Both the position numbers and the translations under genes were made by a program. A stretch of DNA of 63,296 nucleotides, the filler included, from Reticulomyxa filosa (Eukaryota; Protista; Foraminifera), in NCBI GenBank assembly GCA_000512085.1. It is 21 parts of 21 records of this genome, joined end to end, with 100 filler letters (N's around TTAATTAATTAA, not from the genome) between each part and the next. Parts side by side here need not be neighbours in the genome. Positions count along the whole stretch, not along the records: positions 1 to 8,696 come from ASPP01005103.1; positions 8,797 to 11,162 come from ASPP01021235.1; positions 11,263 to 17,706 come from ASPP01000976.1; 18 more parts are not named here. One strand, 5' to 3'. The notes beneath the pieces were generated by a model that did not search any database, was not told the origin of the DNA, and saw nothing but the letters and a program-made list of their open reading frames with translations. This document shows positions 1 to 11,530 of the stretch, one piece after another. Within the stretch, counting starts at the first letter, position 1. Each line of letters begins with the position of its first letter.

Positions 1-43
1 TTTTTTTTTCAATCTAATTTTAAATTAAAAAAAAAAAGGTGTA

Positions 44-1187
44 TTAATAAATAACGTACTTAAAATTGAAATGCAACAGCTGCCTTGACGATTGTGAGTT
101 ATTCAATGGTGATTGTTTGTACAAGCTCCTAGGTCGAACTTGTTGTTGGAACCTCTGAGCTCCTTGTTTGTGATTGTCATTAATAGCACCGTCATAACGT
201 GTGCCATTGCTATTCCATCTGGTTCGAGACAAGCGTTTCGTTCTGGGATGCCTCGCTTGCATTTGATAAGGAAATTGTCTGCTGTCCTCTGGTGAGTCAT
301 TGCCCAACTGTCCGTCCATTGGATTGCTTCCTCGTCGCGTGGCAGTGCGAACAAACAAACGGAAATTCGCCAAAAAGTATGTTCGGCTGCACATCTCCAG
401 TTCCAACCGATACCGCAAATAGCGGTAGTAATCATATCTCGATATGTTATTCGAACGTGTTGTTTCAAATTTTTTCATCAATTGTTCCGGAGTTTCGGTT
501 AATTTACCTTTTTTTTTTTATTTTATTTTTTTTACGTATAAAAAAAAGTCTTTTTCTCTCCCCTTTTTTTTTTTTTTTTAAAAAATTATACATTTGAAAA
601 TGTTTTTATAAATTTTTTTTTTATACGTTAAAAAAAAAAAAAAAGGGGGAAATTTTTTTTTTTTAACCGCAATGTGCCAAAGTCCATAGTTCACCTTTTC
701 GCGTGCGAGCAAACTCTTTGGAAGCCCACAACTTGGTTGTAATTGTTGTGGAACCACTCTTTGCTAAGCCCAGCCCGAACAAGATGAGATCTGGTATTGT
801 ATGTGTTTGCCAATAGCTTACAAATGATTGCAATCTTCCCTATTGGCTACTTCGCCAAACTCATTTATGTCGTATGTGAGACTTTGGTTCTGATTGGTAT
901 AATACTTGAATAATTGTGCTTTGTTGATTGGAATTTTTGTTTCTGTGAGGAGTAACTGTGTTATTCTGATCATCTTTTGTTCGCCGCAATAGTTGCGTTA
1001 TTTGTGGGGGGGACATTGTCTCTGTCTCTGGTTTCTCTTCTATCGGAACCACTGTTCCCAATTGGTAAAAGGCAAACACATCACTGTCCTTTGAGAGTTG
1101 AACCAAGATATCTCGGAAAAATATGATATTCAATACACAAAACAATAAAAGTCCAATAAGATAAAATTTCAACGAAACTATACCCAT
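44..1187 (-). CDS. Putative type II membrane sulfotransferase-like protein (3 exons seen, 3' end uncertain)
   Basis: ATG at 1187, then an N-terminal TM (FYLIGLLLFCVLNIIFF). A 66-nt GT..AG intron (905-840) removes in-frame stops. Exon 839-668 encodes LILFGLGLAKSGSTTITTKL, a PAPS-binding 5'PSB-like loop. Intron 667-508 leads into ORF 44..481. Confidence 0.55.
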
Positions 1188-1437
1188 TTCACTATCAACA
1201 AGTCCCCCACCGTAAAAAAAAATATACATATATGTATGCCTGTAGATTTATAAATATCTTTTTTTTTTTGGCATAACTCCACCCAAAATTATTTCGGTTT
1301 GATGATATCATTGTTTAGTATTTTTACGTCAAAAAAAAAACTGAACCAAACCTAAGTGAGACGAAGGGACCGTCGAGTGAACTTTTCTTTTAAAATTTAG
1401 GGTATTTGTTACCTCTTTCACTTTTGCGTTTTTCAAT

Positions 1438-2380
1438 ATGGCGTCAGCAGGAGGTTCTGGAATCGCCCTACAGCGTTTAGGAGAAGAGAGAAAAGTTCAT
1501 ATTTCTTTGCCTCTGTGACTGACTGCCCTCCGTCCCTTGTAACACAACAATCTTTTTTTGATTGGTTGCGTAAAAAAAAAAAACATGACTCAGGCCTGGC
1601 GAAAATCGCATCCCCACGTTTCGTGTTCATCATCACTGCGTACAAAAAAAAAATTGAAAATGTAATAAGAAAAAAAAAATGTTGTGAACACAGGGCTTCT
1701 ATGCAACCCCCCGAAAAAAAACCAGATGGTTCCACTGATTTGTTAAAATGGAAATGTGGTATTCCTGGAAAAAAAAGGGGTCCAATAAAAAAAAATTTTT
1801 TTTTTTTTTTAAATTTTTTAAAGTCTTGTATTTGCATGATATTCATCCGTTCAAAAAAAAAAAAAAAAGAAGTTATTAAAAAAACAAAAAAAAAAACAGA
1901 CAGCTTGGGAAGGGGGTGTGTATCGACTGAACGTATTTTTCTCAGGAGAATATCCCAACAAACCCCCTAAATGTCAATTTGAAAAAGTGTTATTTCATCC
2001 TAATATTTATCCCAGCGGCACCGTTTGTCTATCCATTTTGAATGAAGAAAAAGATTGGAAACCTGCCATCACTATTAAACAAGTTATTTTTAAAATTATC
2101 CAATTTTATTATTATTGTTAAAAATCAGATGCGCAAAATCGCATCGAGAGTTTTTTTTTTGGTAAAAACTCTTCTACCTCCCTTTTTTTTTTTTTTGTTC
2201 AAAAAAAAAAAAAAAAACATTTTCAAAATAAATGAAAAGATATTGCTGGGCATTCAAGATTTGCTCGAACATCCAAATAACAATGATCCCGCACAAAAAG
2301 AGCCATATGAACTTTACAAAAAGGACCCTACTGAATTTTGGAAGAGGGTCAGGCAAGAAGTCAAACAATACACTGCGTAA
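1438..2380 (+). CDS. UBC9: SUMO-conjugating enzyme Ubc9 (5 exons)
   Basis: Spliced peptide [95 protein letters not shown]. Two +1 homopolymer slips in exon 3 (C run ~1707, A run ~1770) are likely sequencing errors. Confidence 0.96.
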
Positions 2381-4595
2381 ATTGTTTTTTTTTGTTGTTT
2401 GTTTGGATTTTTTTATACGTACGTTGTGTGAGTTCTTGCGAAGACGCGCCAAGGTGCGTTTTAAATTAATTGTGAACTTTCGGGGGTCCCTAAAAAAAAA
2501 AAGGAAGACTTTACTCTTCCATTCCCCCTTTTTTTCAATACAGACAAATGGCAATAAGTGCACAACTTTCAATTTGAAAACTTAACCTCACAAAACTAGC
2601 TTTTTTTAAACATGTTTTACGTAGACTATATTTCGGATTTATTGGCTTGTTTTTAAAATAAAAGAGAAAAAAACAACAATTGAATAAACTCGTTCAATTA
2701 TCGTGTGAACCAAGAAGAGTAAAATAATGATTGTAACTGAAACTACGTTGACGAGCAAATAAATTGGAATGTTGTTGAAATTACAGGAAGATATTTGACT
2801 CTACTGTTCACTCCAAGAGGATTCTCTTTCTCTTCATTCTACGTCTCTTTCGTACTCATCTTCTTCTCAGTCAACTTCTTTTCCTTCATTATGCTCATCA
2901 ACATGTAGTCGCATCGTGTCGTCAAGTGCGAACGACTAAAAAGTAATAAAAAAATTGAAGGGTAGAAGAAAGGAATTGCTTGTTCTTAGTTAAAGACAAC
3001 AAATAAGCAAGTTCAATGTTGTTCTTTGGTCGTCTTTTTTTACCTTTTTTCTTTCAATCTATACGCTGTATTTGCATGTATGTACGCATAACATGCGTAA
3101 TATCAAAGAAAGATTTTGAATTCTACTAAAAACGTAAAAAAACAATGAAGATGGTATTATTGCGCAAAAAATGCAATTTACTTCCAAAGAAAAAGGTTAC
3201 AATGTTGCAACGAACTCGAATAAAAGTGGATCAATGTTCGTGAACAAACAGCATTTATGCTGTAGCGGCAACATATTTAAACCTACAAATCGAAATTGTT
3301 CAAGAATAGACTGCATGATAGATCTCCTACAATGAAAAGAAGCGAAACAAGGTGCTAACATAATAGGATTGTGGTAATCCTAATTCGATTTCAGCAAGTG
3401 GAAGGCATCCATCATCGACTACACAAAACTGACAACGACGAATATTCAGTGAAACAATATCCCAATTCCAAGACTCTCACAAAAGTGTCAAAAAAGAATA
3501 ATATTTTTTCGAAATTAGAAATGTTAATGTGTGAATTAAAAGATAAAAAGAGTGACTCCAACTATGTACTTTCTCGCGATTCCCGAACATATGTTGAAGC
3601 ATCAGTACTTGAGTCAATCGCAAAAGGAAACAGAAACCTTTGGAAAATTTATTCAAGTTTTCTTTTTTTGTTTGTTTTTAGCAATATTACACAAAAGAAA
3701 TTAAATAACTAATATATTACTGTACTGTTCACAAAGGAAAAAAAGATTTATCATAGTTTCAGCATATCAAGATATAAAGTAACAATTCTGGAAAGCGGCC
3801 AAGCGTGTGTTGTCTGATAGTATTTATATTATGCAAAGTCAAAATTTAGTGTCACTGCAACAGATTATTGTTGACTATCGTGTAAGTTTCGAATTATATG
3901 CCATTCATGTTGCATAAACATGTTCGCAACTTGTCTATATGCATATATTTGTGTCTACTTTTTTTTCTTTAAATATTCTTGTATATGACCATGAAAAAAA
4001 AAGATTAAAATCAAACATAAGTAACGTTCATGCAATTGAAAAACAACGTATACAACATGTTGATTATACACGAATTAAATTCGGTGTGTAGAAAATGTTG
4101 AACTTACGAACTTGATAAAACACTAGTTGATTTAATCGTTCAACATTCTGCAATAAACATTTTAAGAAAACTACAATATGCTAATATAACAATTTATTTG
4201 CGATATTAAAAGAAACAGTATTTTTTTTACTTTGATCTTTTTTATAATTAATAGCTTGATAATATTTCAACAGCTTTGTTATGACTGTCTAGTGCTAAGT
4301 TAAAAATAAATAAATTTTGTTATTATTGTAATTGCTTTTATTTAATTTTTTGCTTAATGTTGGTTGGCATTCTAAAAATTACCAAAAAAAGTTCAAATTA
4401 TGTGAAGTCCCCAAACTGTTTTAATTCTTTACTTTTGCAATGTTACCTTTTTTTTGATAACAATGTATCTCAATGGATTTTGATAAAATAAATAAAGGAA
4501 GAACATATTTTATATGAATTAATATATGTGCTAAGGAAACCTTTTATTTTTTAAAAAAATTGTGAAAGTGATAATAAGCAAACAAGAAAGAAAAA

Positions 4596-5804
4596 TCAGA
4601 GATCCAATAATTTGTTGGAACTTAAATCAATAAAGTTTTTAGACGGAACAGAAATGAAAAGATTTCGTTTTCGACAAACAAACATTGAAAAGGGGCAAAG
4701 TTGATCATGAAGGAGATTGCGAAACAAAGACTGTTGAGAAGGATTTAATGAAGGATGTGGAGAGCATTGTTTGCCCATATCCACCCATTCGATATCCAAA
4801 AATCCGGTCTCACTCAACATTGCCATTACAATATCTTCCTCCCAATAAAAGACATTCATTGTTATTACATCATTTTCATTATCACTTACTTTTCCAATCA
4901 AAGAGAGCCTCTCCCCATTTTGTGGAGCCACACTGTCCATTGACAGTGACTCATCCTTTTTTTCCATTGCTTGCATTCCCAACGGCGACACTTTGATACC
5001 GTATTTATGCAAATGCTCTTTACTTTGTCGTGACACATTTGCTGTGTTCAATACTAATCCTACCAAACATCCATCTATATACATATATATGTATATAATA
5101 AAGAAATGTATACGTATATGTAGAGCCACTTCAAACTTTTTATTGTTGTCAAAAAAAAAAAAAAAAAAGAGGCTATAACTTTTTTTTAGAGCCTTTGAAA
5201 TGCCATGAATACATTGTCTTAAATGAGTTAAGGTAGTCATATGATTGAATATATGTGTGGCAATGATAGAGTCAAATTGTCCTTGCCAGTGTACGTATAA
5301 CTCGGGCATAAATAAAAAGCGTGCATGTTCATTCACATATTCAATGGCACGATAGACTAATGGCAATTCTCTGTTTAATTGATATGCTCGCGAGAGCATA
5401 TCTTTGCTGTTGTCCACTCCAACGATACGACGATATTTGTGTATCCGTGCCAAATCACGACAATAGTTCCCATCGCCGCATCCAATGTCCATCACATGCT
5501 TTGTGTTGTCACGCTCGAGCTCATTTTGTTTCATTATTTCCAATATATTGTATTTCAATGAGTCGTACAAATAACTGCAATGACGCTGATGATCGTAGTA
5601 ACGCTTCACTTCTTCACCCTCATATTTTGTACACTCAGATATTTCATTCGTTTTCTGCTCCTCTTCTATTTGCTTCTTTAGCAACTGCGCTTGAAATGGA
5701 CGGTGCACTTGATATTTTGTGAACAATCGCTTCGAACTGGTCAAGGACAGAATTACATCTTTTGTTTTTTTGCGCAAATTTATATGTAGTGAGCTAATAG
5801 ACAT
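4596..5804 (-). CDS. Class I SAM-dependent methyltransferase with basic N-terminal (mitochondrial-type) presequence; one in-frame intron ~5073-5177
   Basis: Motif I VMDIGCGDG, acidic motif IVGVDNSKDML, FDSIIATHIFNH, ALKK/..CLVGLVLN. Confidence 0.85.
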   Translation of the reverse strand: MSISSLHINLRKKTKDVILSLTSSKRLFTKYQVHRPFQAQLLKKQIEEEQKTNEISECTKYEGEEVKRYYDHQRHCSYLYDSLKYNILEIMKQNELERDNTKHVMDIGCGDGNYCRDLARIHKYRRIVGVDNSKDMLSRAYQLNRELPLVYRAIEYVNEHARFLFMPELYVHWQGQFDSIIATHIFNHMTTLTHLRQCIHGISKALKKSYSLFFFFFFDNNKKFEVALHIRIHFFIIYIYMYIDGCLVGLVLNTANVSRQSKEHLHKYGIKVSPLGMQAMEKKDESLSMDSVAPQNGERLSLIGKVSDNENDVITMNVFYWEEDIVMAMLSETGFLDIEWVDMGKQCSPHPSLNPSQQSLFRNLLHDQLCPFSMFVCRKRNLFISVPSKNFIDLSSNKLLDL

Positions 5805-6435
5805 GAGGAGCTAATTAAAAGGGAAAGTTCAAACTGTCAAGACCCTCGCTTCACTTAACGAAGCTTAGGTTTTGGTCAAAATATACTTTCATATTTATGT
5901 AAAAAAAACCAAGAATAAAAATAAAAAACAAAAAGGTATAAGGAATAAATCCGTTTGTTTTACGGATCAAACATCACTTAATTATTATCAATTACTTTTG
6001 AATATATTATCTGTGAATTGATTAAATTCTTTTTTAAATGCAACTTACATCCATAAACTTCATTACACTGAAAAATTCAGAAAAATAACGTATATTTTTA
6101 TCTTCAATACTTCAATTAAATAAATTATATCAATTTTTTATTTACTGCTTTTGTACATATTAAGATTTTAAAAATCTTGTATAAAAAGAAATATTGTATT
6201 TTTATTTGTGCTATGTAATTCGTTAAAAAAAACAATGACAAGACACTTTTAGACCTGCTTCCAACTGTAAAAAAAAAACAAGAAAGACTTTTCAAACCCC
6301 TTTTGATAATCTAATCTTTCTGTTTCTTCCAGGTAAAATCAATAAAAACTAATTTTTTGTGGGGAAAATAGGGGCGAAAACAATGACGACTTAAAAACAA
6401 TAAACAAAAACAAAAAAAAAGAAGTCAAAACCAAA

Positions 6436-7503
6436 ATGCAAAGATTGTGCGTAGCAGCGCTTTTTGTTTCACTGGGCTTTGCAGTTTCGTTTGTTGCCGA
6501 CTGCAATTGGGTGTATGATCCAGCCAACGCGAACAGTGATCTTGGATGTTGAGTATACGTTTTGTTGATTTAATTTGAGGTTTTTGTATATGATTTTTGG
6601 TTCTGGTTCTTTTCTTGAAACAATTTTTTTTTTATTCGGTCGTTTCCTCGTGCGCCCATGTGTAAGTATACATATTTTTTGTCCAAAAAAAAAAAAAAAA
6701 CAAACAAACATATGACAGTGAAAATTCATCCTCCTCTTTCAGTTGGTCTTTGTCACTACACTTTGCATGCCTATAAGACGACATCATTTCAATACGAATG
6801 CAGCAATAACAATAAAATAAAGAAACGAACGTGTATTGACACTTACTGCAGCGGTATAAAAAAAAAAAATTATATAACATATATGTATGCATATGAAAGT
6901 TGGACACGTGCTTGTATTTTTGTGCTTCCAAAAAAAAAAAAAAAGAAAACTGCACTGAGGTCGAAGTGACGCCAACTGTCAATTTCAGCTGCTCGACTGG
7001 TAGTACATGTGGAAAACAATTTGGATATAGAACCAGCTGTGGCTGCTCCACGGTTGATGGCAATTGTGAATATGGATTGTTAAGATTTTGCTTTTTATTC
7101 TCTAATGTCCTATTTCCCCCCCTTTTTTTTTTGAGTAAATAGTTTAAAAGTAATTGTCGTATATAAAAATATGTATATATGGAATATGTGTATGTGTAAT
7201 TGAATAAATAGTAACTTTTATATTGTCGATTCGTTCTGCCTCCCACTGAACGAATCTGCCTCTTCAAATTCCAGTGTGCAATGGGCCATCAAATGCGGAT
7301 CCTCTTCCTCGGTCGCGTCACAAGTTATATACGGAAACAACAGTATGTGCACAGGCCATTTCAACCAAACCGATTGGGCCCCTGGCTGTCCATCAGTCGA
7401 TGGGCAAGACGGACAAAAAGAATTTTCTGTTTGTCCTTCTACTATGACCTCGTTTTCTGCTTTTGTCCTTCTCATTTCATTTTTCCTTGCTTTAACGATG
7501 TAA
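6436..7503 (+). CDS. Cys-rich secreted/GPI-anchored surface protein (4 exons)
   Basis: Signal peptide MQRLCVAALFVSLGFAVSFVA. Three phase-compatible GT..AG introns. Many Cys and N-x-S/T sites. Hydrophobic C-terminus FSAFVLLISFFLALTM* with no cytoplasmic tail. Confidence 0.7.
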
Positions 7504-8696
7504 AAGCTTGCCCCTTTTTTTTTTTGTGAGTTCACTGCCTTATGTGTTTTTCTCTCTCACATATGCTGTTTTGTGAAAAATAATGCACGGGCTTACAATT
7601 TTGTTTAAAACTTGAAACATTGCAACAAAAAAAAGCCAGTGAATGTTTGTTTTTTTCTTTCAGTGTTGTCATACCAACATATACACCCATCGACATTTTG
7701 GTGCTCATAGGCCAATCTTTTTTCGCATATATCGCATTTTGTTCTCCGTTTAACTTTTTTTTTAAGCTATTTTTTTTTTGTAGTTGTGTTCGTAGTCTTA
7801 ATTGAAGAGAGCTGTAACAATTTAAAAGCTTTGCCAACCTTTTTTTTTTTGTGAGGTTGTAAACGCTTAAAAAAAAATTTACGTCCTCCTTAATTCATTG
7901 ATCAGGTTGTGATTGATTAGAAAATTAAACAAATTCGGAACATTAACAAAAAAAAAGATATATATAAAAACAAACACACAACACTCTCCACAGTGAATTG
8001 GAATAAGATGCCACAGTAATAAATTAGCACCAAAAAAACAAAAACAAAAACAAACGAAAAGGCATTGTGACAATGAGTAAATCCCAGAAACAAAACACAA
8101 AGAAAAGGAGGAAGACAGTAAATTCAAACAAACAAAAACAAGAGACCTTTTTTGAGAGTTTGCTGATTTGGACAATTAGCGAGAAAACAAAAACAAAACA
8201 AAAAAACACAGCACAAAACAATAAACCTAATTGGACAGTCTCAGCAAACAATCAAAAGAATGAAGAGGGGGAGGAGAGGGAAGAAAACATAACAAAAAAG
8301 AGAACGGAGAAAGAAAGAGAGGAAAAAAAAAGACATTTGAATCCAACTGACATTGACACAATCAATTCTTCGATAACAATGATACGCTAAAAAAAAAAAT
8401 CATAGCCAAGAGATTGAAGTGTTCAGCTTCAATTCAAGAAAGACAGCAAGAGAAAGAGACACACGTATAAAGACTAAACCTTTTTTTTTTTTTAAAAACA
8501 CAAAATATATTAAAAAAAAAAAATCAATCCAACCAATTACCAAAGGAAAAAGCTACCTCCGCAATTACTTGGAAAAGAAAAAAAAAAAAAGAGGAGGAGT
8601 TGACTCTAAAAATCTAAGTTGCAGAGGGGAGAGAGAGATGGAGTGACGGGGGGGGGAGGAAAAAAGCTAATAAAAAGAGAATGAAATTTGATAAAA

Positions 8697-8796
8697 NNNN
8701 NNNNNNNNNNNNNNNNNNNNNNNNNNNNNNNNNNNNNNNNTTAATTAATTAANNNNNNNNNNNNNNNNNNNNNNNNNNNNNNNNNNNNNNNNNNNN
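8697..8796. other. Artificial contig-joining spacer (first of 20)
   Basis: 44N+TTAATTAATTAA+44N, with stops in all six frames. Other copies start at 11163, 17707, 19129, 20394, 21592, 25049, 30935, 32468, 33649, 35771, 37990, 41654, 42902, 46365, 47757, 49002, 54516, 56201 and 58099. Confidence 0.99.
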
Positions 8797-8851
8797 CAAA
8801 TATTTTTAATGTGACAAAAAAAAAAAAAAAAAAAAGTACATTGAGTTGTGA

Positions 8852-9777
8852 GTGGCAACCAAAACTTACAATACACCCACACAGAAATGCGAAGTTTGTG
8901 AAATTCGAAGCTATTGCAGCAGTCGATGTCAGAAATTAGATTGGCAATACCACCAATTGGTATGCCACAGTCACGATCCACAAAAATCGTTTCGGAGATT
9001 ATCCGCTACAAAAAGGGTGACAAAAGAGTTTATGGATATCATTTGCGAATGCGCGTCTTTGACGCATTTAAATCTAAGTTACACCTTTGTCGGAATGGAG
9101 GATCGCTCGGTCAGCGAATTAAGCAAGAAATGCAAACATTTGTGCGAGTTATGTTTAAGTGGATGCGACATTAGCAGTAATGCACTAATCGAACTTTCCA
9201 GACGATTGAAGTTAAAAATGTTCCATTGCCGTTTGGCTAGAAACTTATCCAATCGCAGCGTCGAAAGTTTGGTAGATTTTTGTGGGCAATATCTGGAAGA
9301 CCTGGATCTGTCTCGCTGCATTGTTTGACCTTTGATTGCATTTTGCATTTAATTAAAGTTCAGTATACTCTTCTTTTTTTTTTTTCCAGCTTTAGATAAT
9401 ATATGCATATGTATATATATATATATATATGTATATGTTTATGTTATATCTGTTGGGTTTAGAATTGCAAGCGACTGAAGAGGGTAAATATCGCTTGCGG
9501 CATTAAACGTGGCGCTTGGATTTGGGGACTCAATGATGAAATCGGACAGGCCTTGTCCGATTTAAAAGATTTGACCTATTTGGGGATGGTCGACTCGGGA
9601 CAAATGACAGATGAAATATTTGACCGTCTTGCAAAGAAACCCAATTTATGCATTGATCGATTACGATCTGATATTCAATTTCACAACAATTTTCAGCCTG
9701 GCAACGACAAAAAGCCTGTTAAACTTGAAAGAATTGAAAACGGAACAGTTGTTCATCAACACACTTTTCGCAGATGA
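8852..9777 (+). CDS. MYND zinc finger + leucine-rich-repeat (FBXL/AMN1-type) protein, 5' partial
   Basis: CEVCEIRSYCSSRCQKLDWQYHQLVC is the C-terminal half of a MYND finger. LRR-CC repeats: LTHLNLSY, LCELCLSGCDIS, LEDLDLSRC, LTYLGM. Confidence 0.75.
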
Positions 9778-10311
9778 AACATGGGCTGTTTTTAATTAAG
9801 ACTAAAAAATTGTTAGTGTTTTTTCAGCTTTTTTCTTGATATGTTTTCAAGAAAAACACTTTGTCGCTTTCAAATCATTGTGAAAACCAAAGTGTCTTTT
9901 GCAAATCGTAACAGTAATCTTTTTCACACCCAAAACTCTTTAGAAAATTTATATTGATTCCCGCTTTGATTCATCTTTTTTTAACACAATGGGAGTCAAC
10001 TAAATTATTCACAACTTCGCTCACTTTTGCCTTCTGTAAAATAGCTTAACAATTAAAAGAATTTTTACTAAAAAAACCATCCTTACAATTATGTGTAAAA
10101 TCTGGACGAAAGTAAATTTTGTTTTCCGAAATAGGAAACATTTTAAAAATTAAGCAAAAGAGTAAAGAATAGATACATCGCAAATATGTTTGAACGATGT
10201 AATATTGACTATGATTTAATCAATTAAGTAATTTTGTTTTTTTTAAAAAAGCTTTTCTCACTGTTCTTTTGAAGAGCCTTCGATAAAGCTTTTCTTAATA
10301 TCTCTAACAAC

Positions 10312-11098
10312 ATGAGTGAAAAATCGGAAGCAGGAAGTTCAACATATGCTACTTTAACAACTATCGATCAGTTTGAAACGAAAACACTTCCAAAGTTCAT
10401 AAAGATAAAAGACCTGACACCAAAATCATGCGGATTTTCACTTTATGGAAAGATGATATTTTCTCGAATCATTTTAGATCGGTTGAACATTGACGGTACA
10501 CGCAAACGTGTGGCAGAGTGTTTTATTGGTGATAGCACAGGTAAGACGTGATGTCTTTTTTCCACTGGACAGGCAAACCGCAAACATAAGAATGTTCGTT
10601 GTTGTTGTTTTTTTTTTTTTGAAAAATGCTTTACACTACACAGGATGCGTAATGGTGACACTGGAAAATGAACAAATAGCGGAAGTAAAAATAGGAGATG
10701 TGTTGATAGTTCGCAATGGTCATGTGCACATGTTACCTCAAGGTTTCTTGCGCATTGGTATCAACAAGTGGGGTCGTATTGATACAGTGTCTGGCAATTG
10801 CATGCCCGGACAAATTAACTATCAATGCAACAAAAGCGATGTCGAGTACATATTAACTTCGCCCACAGAGCTTCCAACTGCAACAAGCAACCTGAGCGAT
10901 GAAAAAGTGCCCAAAGACAAACGGAACGAAAACGAACATGTAATAAGAAAGCTACATCCTTATGAAGAGAAACTGAGCTCATCGAACATCGTTACATGTA
11001 TTGTCCTTTCAGGCAAATTGACAAAAGATGACGTCATCAATGCCTATCGCTTGGCTCGCATCGAACACCCGTATTTGCGGGTATCTATCCGAAGCTCG
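10312..11098 (+). CDS. OB-fold nucleic-acid-binding domain (At4g28440/SSB-like) fused to the start of a condensation/acyltransferase-like domain; 3' partial
   Basis: Exon1 10312-10540, exon2 from 10644. OB fold: FIKIKDLTP..RVAECFIGDSTG/CVMVTLENEQI..VRNGHVHM..LRIGINKWGRI..NKSDVEYIL. Followed in frame by RKLHPYEE..NIVTCIVLSGKL..AYRLARIEHPYLRVSI. Confidence 0.75.
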
Positions 11099-11120
11099 GT
11101 TTGTCCCTTTCCAATGCCTT

Positions 11121-11162
<42 letters not shown>

Positions 11163-11262
11163 NNNNNNNNNNNNNNNNNNNNNNNNNNNNNNNNNNNNNN
11201 NNNNNNTTAATTAATTAANNNNNNNNNNNNNNNNNNNNNNNNNNNNNNNNNNNNNNNNNNNN

Positions 11263-11295
11263 AGTTGGGGATTTATAATAGGGACTTTCCCTACA
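11263..11295. mobile_element. Terminus of LTR-like repeat family at contig edge
   Basis: Ends TATAATAGGGACTTTCCCTACA, matching the terminus TATAATAGGACTTTACCCTACA at 24612-24633. Confidence 0.6.
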
Positions 11296-11468
11296 GTCTG
11301 TTGAAAGATCCCCAGAAAAAAGTTAAAAGTAAAATATGGTTTTTCTAAAAGATTTGGCATTCGCGTAGAATATATCAATTCGTATTGCGTGTCTCTATTT
11401 ATTCAATAATATTCACAAAATGAGACATTTTTTCCGACATTATCTAGCAAATGCGAATCAAAAAGCTA

Positions 11469-11530
11469 ACTAAATCTTAATTTTCAAGAAAAATTATTTT
11501 TACTAAATCTTAATTTTCAAGAAAAATTAT
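11469..11530. repeat. 29-bp direct repeat, two copies
   Basis: ACTAAATCTTAATTTTCAAGAAAAATTAT occurs twice, separated by TTTT. Confidence 0.85.

Noticed and set aside
1700-1785. Programmed frameshifting or RNA editing in UBC9 (also CYFIP ~26774 and the PT repeats)
   Set aside because: All slips fall in homopolymer or microsatellite runs, which is typical of sequencing error.
3130-4250. Broken ORFs with a faint dynamin-GED-like FWKAAKRVLSD
   Set aside because: Too short and disrupted to support a call.
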